30,421 bases of DNA from a virus. Lineage: Duplodnaviria; Caudoviricetes. The notes beneath the pieces are model-generated. The model was not told the DNA's origin. It saw only the letters and a list, made by a program, of their open reading frames with translations, and made no database searches. Location of the stretch: positions 1-30,421 of the IMG/VR virus record IMGVR_UViG_3300016472_000451. One strand, 5' to 3'. The translations under genes and the position numbers were made by a program. The stretch's first letter is position 1. Each line of letters starts with the position of its first letter. Positions 17,534 to 26,400 of the stretch are shown here, piece after piece.

Positions 17534-17539
17534 TTACAC
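17534..17539 (-). promoter_or_regulatory. Putative late promoter GTGTAA upstream of the TMP
   Basis: GTGTAA-TATTATTAT-AGGTTAGGAATAAGGAATT-ATG in the intergenic gap. Confidence 0.65.
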
Positions 17540-17555
17540 AATATATTGATTTATA

Positions 17556-18566
17556 TTATAATTTATGAAGCTTTATAAAATCTTCCATAGATAATGTCCC
17601 ACCATGTTTCTTGGCTATATCTTGCAGACTAATACCTTCTTGATTTTTTGATATCTTCGCCACATCTTCTTTAGATGCCCCTACGATAGAAGTCGCAATA
17701 AAATCTTGATTTTTCTTATTTTTATTTGAAGATTTATTCATAATCTCTTCCGCATTTCTTGCGCTTTCTAGCCATTCTATTAAAAGTTCTGGATCTTCAA
17801 AAGCTTCTGGCGGGGGTTTATGTTTAGCGTCAGATAATTCATGTCTAAAATATCTTGCGTGGTTATACACTTCAATTTGATAGTATGTTAAATCTATAAC
17901 TGGTTTTCCATATAAATTATATATATTCTCATTACATACATTATACAAATTTAAATAATACGAAGATAAAGCTATCTTCTTTAAAGATATAGAAGAAAAA
18001 TCTTGCACTCTTATATTATAAATTTGAGTTAATTGGTCTATGTCTTCTTTACTAAGGTTTTCATAATCTTCTTCGGAAAAGAACTTCTCTTTTAAGTCAT
18101 CTTTTTTAAACAAAGAACAAAATATAAAATATTCATTTACTTTTTTATTAGCATGATCTTCTGCCGTGTAGCCAATCAGCTCATTCTTTTCTATTAAAAT
18201 TTGATTTAATTTAAACTGTTCTTTTGAGATTTCTTTTTTAAAGAAATCAACATCTGTCTGTCTGAAGGCTTTAGATTTACTTATTTTTAAATTAGAAATT
18301 AAATTTTTTAATTTATTGATTTCTTCATTCTTTTTATCTGTCCATAGATTTTCTTTTAAAAGATATGCTTCTTTTTCATCTTTTGTGGGCAAACCTTTAC
18401 TCTGTGCCTCGTTAAAATATAAATATTTTTTATGTTCAACTTCTATATTGTCAATAATATTTAAATGTTTTAAATATAAAACGCTATTTAGATATTTCGT
18501 GGAGGAGAAACCTTTTATGACATCTCCAAATAAAATCCTTATTTTTTCTTTATCAATGCTTTTCAA
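17556..18566 (-). CDS. Putative tail assembly chaperone (pre-TMP protein)
   Basis: 336-aa charged, helical-looking ORF directly upstream of the TMP, with TTG start and upstream AAGGAAG. Function inferred from position only. Confidence 0.55.
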   Translation of the reverse strand: MKSIDKEKIRILFGDVIKGFSSTKYLNSVLYLKHLNIIDNIEVEHKKYLYFNEAQSKGLPTKDEKEAYLLKENLWTDKKNEEINKLKNLISNLKISKSKAFRQTDVDFFKKEISKEQFKLNQILIEKNELIGYTAEDHANKKVNEYFIFCSLFKKDDLKEKFFSEEDYENLSKEDIDQLTQIYNIRVQDFSSISLKKIALSSYYLNLYNVCNENIYNLYGKPVIDLTYYQIEVYNHARYFRHELSDAKHKPPPEAFEDPELLIEWLESARNAEEIMNKSSNKNKKNQDFIATSIVGASKEDVAKISKNQEGISLQDIAKKHGGTLSMEDFIKLHKL

Positions 18567-19320
18567 TTGCGGGCTCTTCCTTAACTGGAGAAATAACCCT
18601 TAAAAGATTATCAAATTCTTCTTTAATAGAAGCCCTTCCCATATACCAAAAGCTAATTAAATATACCAGCTTTTGGATAGCCTTCTTCTCAAACTCTAGA
18701 TCTTTATCTTCGATATCATCATAAACTTCTAGCCTTTCTCTATAAGATCCTTCTCCAAATAAAGATTTTGGAGAACCATTTTCCTCGATGTAACTTAAAT
18801 TTAATAACCACCAAATAATTGTTTTATTTCTTGCTCGATTTTCTGCGGTCTGTTCAAAAAGGCTAGATTGAGTTATTTCAAAATTTTGTATTTTTTCTCT
18901 AACGTTCTCAATATCCTGCATTAATAATTTTAGTTGCGCCTGTTCTTCTTCCGTTCTTTTATCCTTATCAACCATAGATATCTTTTGGAATTCATTTTGT
19001 AATTCAAAAAGTTTTACATATGATCCCGAATATTCCACTTGTTCTTCATCACTAAATACACCACCATCATTATTTATTCTTTTAGCTAAAAGAGCTCTAG
19101 TTAATAAACCAGACTTAATTCCTTCCGATAATGTAACGCCATAGAATAATTCTGCTTCATCGAAAAGGTTACGGGTTGGTTTTTTAATAATAACCCTGAT
19201 GGGCTCATTCTTTTTAACTTTTTTAATTGTTTTAATTTCTTCGCCATGCTCATTTTTTGAGACTTCGGCTTCTTCTACTTCAACTTCTTTATTAATAAAA
19301 AAACTATATAATTCCTTCAT
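18553..19320 (-). CDS. Putative tail assembly chaperone
   Basis: 255-aa acidic coiled-coil ORF between tube and TMP. Function inferred from position only. Confidence 0.55.
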   Translation of the reverse strand: MKELYSFFINKEVEVEEAEVSKNEHGEEIKTIKKVKKNEPIRVIIKKPTRNLFDEAELFYGVTLSEGIKSGLLTRALLAKRINNDGGVFSDEEQVEYSGSYVKLFELQNEFQKISMVDKDKRTEEEQAQLKLLMQDIENVREKIQNFEITQSSLFEQTAENRARNKTIIWWLLNLSYIEENGSPKSLFGEGSYRERLEVYDDIEDKDLEFEKKAIQKLVYLISFWYMGRASIKEEFDNLLRVISPVKEEPAIEKH

Positions 19321-19580
19321 ATTTTATTATCCTTTATTAGTATATTGCTATATAAGTCCTTGACTTTTTTAGAAAAAATTTTACCACCAATTATTTTATA
19401 AAACTTTTCTTTTTTTTCTTCAGGCCAAACTTTATATACATTGATAAACTGTTTACTTGTTATCGCATCGTAATTAAAATTAAATATCTTAAAATCTTTA
19501 GATAAAACTCTCTGGTTGGTTGGCATAGTTAAATTGCCTATTATAATTTGGTCTACGGAAAGATTTAATTTTCTCTTCAT
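19317..19580 (-). CDS. Hypothetical protein
   Basis: 87-aa ORF with ATGA overlaps at both ends. Confidence 0.7.
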   Translation of the reverse strand: MKRKLNLSVDQIIIGNLTMPTNQRVLSKDFKIFNFNYDAITSKQFINVYKVWPEEKKEKFYKIIGGKIFSKKVKDLYSNILIKDNKI

Positions 19581-19807
19581 TTTACTTTTATATCTAAATT
19601 ATTAAAATATTCCTCTATTTCCCTAATTGCATCATTAGCGTTATCCAATATTCTCTTGCGGATTTTTTGATAGGTTTCATCGTTTATATTATATCCAGAA
19701 TCAGAAAGATCTTCTAGGATAAAAAAGAAATTTTTATATATATTTGTTATTTTTCTTTTTACCTGAAAAAGAGCTAGCTCTTTTATTTTTTCATTATTTA
19801 ATTCCAT
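19577..19807 (-). CDS. Hypothetical protein
   Basis: 76-aa ORF preceded by the GTGTAA motif and AAGGT repeats. Confidence 0.75.
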   Translation of the reverse strand: MELNNEKIKELALFQVKRKITNIYKNFFFILEDLSDSGYNINDETYQKIRKRILDNANDAIREIEEYFNNLDIKVK

Positions 19808-19838
19808 ACCTTTTTTAAACCTTTTACCTTAATAAGGT

Positions 19839-19844
19839 TTACAC
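19839..19844 (-). promoter_or_regulatory. Putative late promoter GTGTAA
   Basis: GTGTAA-ACCTTATTA-AGGTAAAAGGT..., directly after the terminator T-tract. Confidence 0.6.
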
Positions 19845-19874
19845 AAAAAAACCCCCGAAAATCGGGGGTTTTTT
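19845..19874 (-). terminator. Rho-independent terminator after the major tail tube gene (bidirectional geometry)
   Basis: A7-CCCCCGA-AAA-TCGGGGG-T6, 16 nt after the tube stop codon. Confidence 0.9.
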
Positions 19875-19890
19875 ATATTTTAATGTATTA

Positions 19891-21033
19891 TTAGACTAAT
19901 CCACTAATAAATAGTCCATTATTTTTATCTTCTGGACCACCAATCTGTGAACTAAAGTTTAATGTTACAGTTTTATTGCTGCCTATATCAGAGCTATATT
20001 CTTGACTATCGAGCTTAGCATTCTTCAAAGAAAATCTGGCTACAGCATCATCTGTTCCAGGTTTCTTTATGGTAATAACTGGGTTATAGCTTGTAGATGC
20101 ATCATTATCTACAAGATTAGCTAGATTACCAGAAGTCATATCGGTTACTTGAGCGTCTAGGCTTAGGTTGACCGTTAATGGAAAGTCGATTTCTCTAGCA
20201 AAAGCAAATCTACTTCCAAGTTTTTCAATAGGAGTACGAGCCAAATCAAAACTTAAGGTATAACTTTGAATATTGAATTGATTGTCCCCACTAGAAGTTG
20301 CGCCGATTACGCTTGGCAGACTGAATGTAATATCCCCTGGACGAAGAACACTTATTCCGCTGGAGATATTATTTGTATTATTGTTTTGTTCAGCATGAGG
20401 AAGCGAGAACAAACGGTTGGCAATAATCTTACCATCTGTTGGATTAATTGCTGGCAACTGTCTTCCGCTCGCTTCGGTATCGAACTTCATATTTAAACCT
20501 TCTACGCTAACAGAGGCTGTTGGGAAATTTCCTACAGAAGCTTCTTGAGAGTAAGAAGTGATAAAGCCATTGCCTATACTAATTACGCCAACTTGATTAG
20601 CTGTGTTCGCAACTGCATCAGTACCTTCAGCTGTAGTTTTAATAAAGTAGTTCCTCTCATCTTGACTTTTATTCAAAATTCCAGAGATGCAACTTACTTC
20701 TGCGCTTGGAGTTCCTCCAGCACCAGTTTTTTGTATAGTAAACCCAAGTAGTTCTTCGTTTGCTAGATTAGCAAAAAGATAGTTGAAATCTAACGAAACC
20801 GTTGGGCTTGTTAAAACTACGCGATCTATAGCAGCTAATTGGCCGAACTGATTTACATCTGTACGATCAATATTAAAACTATAATTAGCAGTTTGAACTC
20901 TTTGGATTTGTTCTACGAGATTAACATCGCCTGATACGTTTGTGTTTGCACCGCCTTGGAAATGAGCACCTGTAGCAGGGCAAGGACCTGCGTAAAGGGC
21001 TTCTGACTGATAAATTATTCTATTTCTTGCCAT
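19891..21033 (-). CDS. Major tail tube protein (internally duplicated tube fold)
   Basis: 380 aa. Has its own promoter motif, GGAG RBS and strong terminator, lies between neck genes and chaperones/TMP, and contains two similar beta-rich halves. Confidence 0.8.
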   Translation of the reverse strand: MARNRIIYQSEALYAGPCPATGAHFQGGANTNVSGDVNLVEQIQRVQTANYSFNIDRTDVNQFGQLAAIDRVVLTSPTVSLDFNYLFANLANEELLGFTIQKTGAGGTPSAEVSCISGILNKSQDERNYFIKTTAEGTDAVANTANQVGVISIGNGFITSYSQEASVGNFPTASVSVEGLNMKFDTEASGRQLPAINPTDGKIIANRLFSLPHAEQNNNTNNISSGISVLRPGDITFSLPSVIGATSSGDNQFNIQSYTLSFDLARTPIEKLGSRFAFAREIDFPLTVNLSLDAQVTDMTSGNLANLVDNDASTSYNPVITIKKPGTDDAVARFSLKNAKLDSQEYSSDIGSNKTVTLNFSSQIGGPEDKNNGLFISGLV

Positions 21034-21058
21034 ATTAATTATTCTCCATTTATTATTA

Positions 21059-21064
21059 TTACAC
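21059..21064 (-). promoter_or_regulatory. Putative late promoter GTGTAA upstream of the tube gene
   Basis: GTGTAA-TAATAATAA-ATGGAGAATAATTAAT-ATG. Confidence 0.65.
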
Positions 21065-21090
21065 TTTAATTATGAGCTTTTCTATTTTTT

Positions 21091-21954
21091 TTATATTCTA
21101 GGGTATCTATTTTTACTTAATTCAAAATCAATAAATGCGGTAAATACATTAGGGTTTAATTTATTATAACTATTAATAAATCTATTGTCTATCTTAGATA
21201 CATATACATTATCTATATGAAGATAATCATCATTTTGTAGCTTATTTACTGTTAAATTATTGTAGTTAAAAGAGCCATTATTAGCACTTCCTAGTATATT
21301 AAATGGCATCTCATTCTCATAAATTAAAGGTATATAACTCCTTACTGTATCTCGGAATATACTCGTCAAGGCATCTAATTTAAATATACTATCAGATAAT
21401 ACAATAGCTCTAACATTTATATTAGTTTTATCTAATCCTCCAAAAGCAAGAGGCTCATTATCTCCTCCTTGATATTTAAGGTATACAACTGGATAAGTCT
21501 CAGCATTTAAAGGTAACCCTGTTGGATTTTGAGATGTTTTTGGATTTAATTGAAACTGAGTTTCAAACAATAAATCTTCTTCAGTTTCACTTGTAAGAAA
21601 TATATTGAAATCTTTTACAGCGTAATTTCCACTTAAAGATGTGCTTGGATTATTTATTTGAGATGTAAAATAAAGATGTCCCTGAGAAGAATTTATTCCA
21701 GTTAAACTATTTTCTCCAATCTTAGAAAAAATATTATTTATATAAACTCCGCTTATAATATTTGCTCCGGAAATTGAACTATCAACAACCATTTGCTTGT
21801 ATGGGGCGCCATATGTATAGAATCCAAAATATTGAGACTCTACTGGATAAAAATTACTTGAAAAGTTAACAAAAGCCTCTCCTTTTGATAACAATTTATT
21901 ATCAAACCATAAAAGTATACTTGACATTACAATATTATTAAACTGTACTTTCAT
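21091..21954 (-). CDS. Putative tail terminator / neck protein
   Basis: 287 aa, immediately upstream of the tube gene. YPVVYL...EPLAFGG.....INVRAIVLSDS.F.LD.L.SIFRD is compatible with a terminator fold. Mostly synteny. Confidence 0.55.
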   Translation of the reverse strand: MKVQFNNIVMSSILLWFDNKLLSKGEAFVNFSSNFYPVESQYFGFYTYGAPYKQMVVDSSISGANIISGVYINNIFSKIGENSLTGINSSQGHLYFTSQINNPSTSLSGNYAVKDFNIFLTSETEEDLLFETQFQLNPKTSQNPTGLPLNAETYPVVYLKYQGGDNEPLAFGGLDKTNINVRAIVLSDSIFKLDALTSIFRDTVRSYIPLIYENEMPFNILGSANNGSFNYNNLTVNKLQNDDYLHIDNVYVSKIDNRFINSYNKLNPNVFTAFIDFELSKNRYPRI

Positions 21955-22541
21955 ATTTTAAAATTCTTTAAAAAATTAATGTATACCTGGCTTAAATACG
22001 ATCTAGGCTTAAAATTAGATTTTCGAATTTTATTTTTAGATTGTATTGCTTTTCCTGATCTACTTTCTTGAAATATTAATCCATATAAGTAATTACTAAA
22101 CCCAGAAATTCCCTTCTCTATGCCTTTAACCCAACTTTTACCACCTTCGAATGGCATTGGAGTTTCTTGGTATATTTCCTCTAAAGAAGGAGTAAACACT
22201 GAAAAATTAAATATTCCATTTTTTACGTTCTTAAATTTAATAAAGGTATTATTTTTTATTAAAATCTTTATTTTATTAATAGGATTGTCTGATTTCTCAA
22301 ACCCTATAAATGAAAATAGATTACCTTCACCGTCTAAGGTCCTGCTAATATTTGCTGCGCTTGGACCATCTAAAATTTCTTGAGAAACAGGATGATTTTC
22401 AATTTGATTTATATATTTTTCTTTTTTTATTTCGATTGCCTCAGTTGCTATAATTTCCGCATTTTTAATTATAGAGCCATTCTTTTCAAGAGCTTGATTT
22501 ATATTTTGTTTCAATAAATTTTTATTAATTTTCGCTCTCAT
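21951..22541 (-). CDS. Putative tail completion / neck protein
   Basis: 196-aa basic ORF in the usual HK97 gp10 / lambda Z slot. Synteny only. Confidence 0.45.
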   Translation of the reverse strand: MRAKINKNLLKQNINQALEKNGSIIKNAEIIATEAIEIKKEKYINQIENHPVSQEILDGPSAANISRTLDGEGNLFSFIGFEKSDNPINKIKILIKNNTFIKFKNVKNGIFNFSVFTPSLEEIYQETPMPFEGGKSWVKGIEKGISGFSNYLYGLIFQESRSGKAIQSKNKIRKSNFKPRSYLSQVYINFLKNFKI

Positions 22542-22981
22542 TACTTTGTCTCTTCTAAAAAATATTGGTAATATGTCTTTGTAAGAAATTTTCTAACAGC
22601 TGGAGTAGTAACAATCTTAAAAGCTTTTGTATCAAATTCTATTTTTAATGTTTTATTATTTTCTATATAGTTTTTCGCATCTTCTTTTACTACAATTGTA
22701 ACTGATCCTTGAGGTATAGAGAACTGTAATTCTGAAAGGCTCTCTACAGTCTGTTTTTTATTATAAGAAATTCTAGCTTTAAAAATTTTTGATTCAGGAA
22801 TGAATGTATATTGAGGTTGATTTCCTTGCGCATCATACCCATAAAGAATATTGGTAGGTTGAACGGAATTCAAAATCTTCTTAGGCTCTTTATGTACAAT
22901 TATATCTCTGGAGAAAGAATCAAAAAATTGATCAAATTCTTGAGCTATACCAGATGCAATAGTCGGATTCATTATACTCAT
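22541..22981 (-). CDS. Putative head closure protein
   Basis: 146-aa beta-rich ORF. Size and position fit the slot after the adaptor. Confidence 0.45.
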   Translation of the reverse strand: MSIMNPTIASGIAQEFDQFFDSFSRDIIVHKEPKKILNSVQPTNILYGYDAQGNQPQYTFIPESKIFKARISYNKKQTVESLSELQFSIPQGSVTIVVKEDAKNYIENNKTLKIEFDTKAFKIVTTPAVRKFLTKTYYQYFLEETK

Positions 22982-22983
22982 AA

Positions 22984-23475
22984 TTAATTTCCATAAATTG
23001 TTCTATCAATATTTTCTGGGCTATAACTTCCAGGAAAAATATCGTCTCCAGCTATCTGCAAAGGATTTACTTGATTTAAGTTGTAAGTATCAATTAAAGA
23101 TTTTAATTCTTCGTACTCTTGTTTTCTTATGCTATAAAAATTTCTTAAAACTTCATTACTATTAATTTTTTGAATACTTCCAAAATCATCTTTAACTGAT
23201 ACATAGTCTGTAGAAGTCAAGCTCGCCGTGCTTTTAATCTTCAAATCAAAATAATATATAGAATACATTTTTTTAAAAATATATTTTTCTATATCAGTTA
23301 AATTAGGACTTATTTCATAAGTTCCATCTTTAATCTCATACTCTTTATCTAACATATTAGAAAGTCCACCTATATTCCTTCTAATCCACGCTGCAATTGC
23401 AGCAATGCTAGTGTCCGATTGTTCTCCTAGCTCTTCATAAATTTCTTGAGCAACGGATGCGACAGTATTTATCAT
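22984..23475 (-). CDS. Putative head-tail adaptor
   Basis: 163-aa helical ORF with a short beta hairpin (VSVKDDFGSIQKIN), first of the neck cluster. Synteny only. Confidence 0.45.
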   Translation of the reverse strand: MINTVASVAQEIYEELGEQSDTSIAAIAAWIRRNIGGLSNMLDKEYEIKDGTYEISPNLTDIEKYIFKKMYSIYYFDLKIKSTASLTSTDYVSVKDDFGSIQKINSNEVLRNFYSIRKQEYEELKSLIDTYNLNQVNPLQIAGDDIFPGSYSPENIDRTIYGN

Positions 23476-26400
23476 TATGTTAATACTGGTAGTCTTGTAA
23501 CTCCGTCGGCTGCTAGTCTATAGCCAAATATGTCTTCAGAGGTTGTTGGCACATATGTATCTAAAAACTCCGCTACAACATGATAAACTAATTTCTGCCC
23601 AGCTATACCGACAGTATTAAGAACTAACCTGTCTCCAACAGCGCTAAATGATGCGACAGAGCTATGTACTCCATGAGAGCTTCCTACAGTAACCTGATCT
23701 TCGACAGTACCATACGTAGCCAATGAAGAAGTATTAATCACCCCACCCTGATTAACCATGTAGAAACCTCTAGTAATATTTCTAACATATGATAATCCAC
23801 GATTTGCAATAGATATATAAAGTTTACCATTCCACATTCTATTATTTGGTATTTTAGCTCTAGACATCGCTAATTCTACGCTAGATATATTTGGACTGTA
23901 AGATCTTTCATCTAGATATATCTCTTGAGTTGCTGATCCGGTAACAATTCCATGCCAAGTTAAAATTGTTTTTTGTGCTGCGCCACCTCTAGCAGAACCA
24001 TAAAGATCATAGTTAGAAGCGTTATGTTGTCCTGCCCCGATTGTATTTGAATATTTTAAATGATTCATAGGACTAAATGAAATTTGACCAGGATTATATT
24101 CGTAAACATTTGTACCTACCGCTGCGCCATCTGAAGCTTCAACATAATGATCATTTCCAATAATGATACTATTTCTTAAGCCACTCTTTTGATAATTATT
24201 ATTGCCCAAAATACTCGTATCAATTGAGGCAGGAAGGAAATTATAAGATCCAATAAGATTAGTGGTTTTTCCATCCCAAGTATTAAAATTACCTAAAATA
24301 GAATAATCTTGTATATACCATTTTGCATCAGAATAATTATTATGACCTATCACTTGAGAGCTTTCGCCTTCTCCGTTTAGATCAAGTTTTCCGCCCTCTA
24401 TTAAATTATGTGATCCTAAAATGCTTGTTCTTTGTAGTTCTGATGTGGTGTTTGACTTTCCAATGACTACCATATCATTCGGAGTGGTTACATTATAATT
24501 AAATGGGAGCCCTGGGACTGTATTTGTTGTATTATAACTTGTAAATTGTGATCCCACTGGTGCGTTTTCGTTATAGATGTCTACTTGATTTAAAAGAACA
24601 TTTGTGATAACGTTTTCGTTTCCTAAGACTATAGATTTAAGTCCATCTTGAATATAATTTTCATCTCCTAAAACATGAGACTCTCTCGACATAACAATAT
24701 TTCTACTACCAATAACTTTTGTGCCAAGGCCTGTAACGTAATTGCTTGTACCTACAATTGTAATTCTTGTTACATCATCTCCTAGATTATTATTTCCAAG
24801 AACATTAATCGTATGCGTTTCTCCTTTACGAGTTCTAAAACCATTGCTATTGCCAATAATATTTGAATTTCCAAGTGCAGCCTCATGGAAAACAGCCCAT
24901 CCATTATAATTCCATCCGCCAATTACTGGTCTAATATAACCCTGTGGATCTACAATATTTTGATACCAGGGATAGTAATAATCCGAAGGATAAATTTCGT
25001 TATTCATTCCCATTAAATTTGTAAGTCCTTTAGAGAATGTAATATTATTTCCGTATCCGATAACATTTGTGCTTGCGCCAGAGATGCTATTATTACCACC
25101 AATAATAGTAGTATACCCATCGCTTGGGGCAGGAGTATATTCTCTAGAATAAGTATGTTTTTTAGCCCATGGCAGTTTTGAGAAATCTCCATAATATTGA
25201 TTATGAGTATATCTTGTTACTTTCTGATACAAACGAGAATTTTGATATCCAACAATAATGTCACTATATAAAGATTCATTTCTATGACCAATAGCTATAC
25301 TATTCGTGGGGGTAATTGTAGCAACCCCTGTTAGAATTGGGATACCGCCTTGTTGATATGTATCTATTAATGGGTCACCAAAGTTAGAAGAACCGAGACC
25401 ACTTGCTAATGGCCATGCAGCAGTTATAATCGCAGGAAATAAGGAATTAAGAGTTCCTATATTAACTCCAAGGCCTCTTGTCAAATCCCATCTAAATTCT
25501 TGAATAAGATTTCCGGATAAATCATAATATTCATTATGATTCTCTGGATAATACTTAGGATAAGTTCCTTCTGCGTAAGGGCTCTCATCATAATTGGGCC
25601 TTTTTAATGAAGACGAAGTAAGGTAAGGCATAATTTTTTGTAATCTATCAGAATAAGATCTTCTAGTACCAGGAGTAAGTTGACTTCCGGTTTCTATATT
25701 CTTTATTGCTTGTGCTGTTGTCCAATTACCGTTACTATCAGGCGCAGTCTGAGAGGGAGAATACTCGCCACCAAAATAAGAGTTAATGAAAGCTCCCGTG
25801 CCTGCATGTCCGCTCATCCAATAAATTAAATCATTTGCGAAACATGCATCATTATTAAGTTGAACTCCTAACCCTCCCATAGATATACCATTTAAATGCC
25901 CTACGTGGAATGTGTTCCCTTTCATTGTACGGAAAGGGTTTCTTGAATCAGAAAATACTGCTACGGCATTGTTTGTAGTACTAACCTCATTGCCAAAAAT
26001 TACAACTCCGCTTGCCCCGTACTGACTTAAACCACCTCCAGGAGGGTTAATTTTTGGTAATCTGTTATAAGCATAAACATCTATTCCGACCATGTTTTTG
26101 TGGCCTCTTATAAAGATATCTTTAGAATTAGCATCTCCTTCTCGATACCAATTCCTACGGCCATAATCGTCCCAGGATTCTCCATAAACACGATTCATAT
26201 TACCGGCTATATCACCATTTTCGCAATAAGCTATTTGATTCATGCCTCCATAAGCTATAAGATTAAATCTAGAATTAGTTACTTTATTTAAAACTCCGTT
26301 TAATATAGTATTTCCAGCTGTAAATCGTGGCTGGTAATTATTTCCTCCATTTAACCTATTTAATACATCTCTTGGGGTGAATGGCTCTGAGGTAAGACCG

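Noticed and set aside
18553-18603. Programmed G/GT-type frameshift between the two putative chaperone genes
   Set aside because: The downstream ORF is in the +1 frame, open only 11 codons before its TTG, has its own AAGGAAG SD-like element, and I see no X XXY YYZ slippery heptamer. Independent initiation is simpler.
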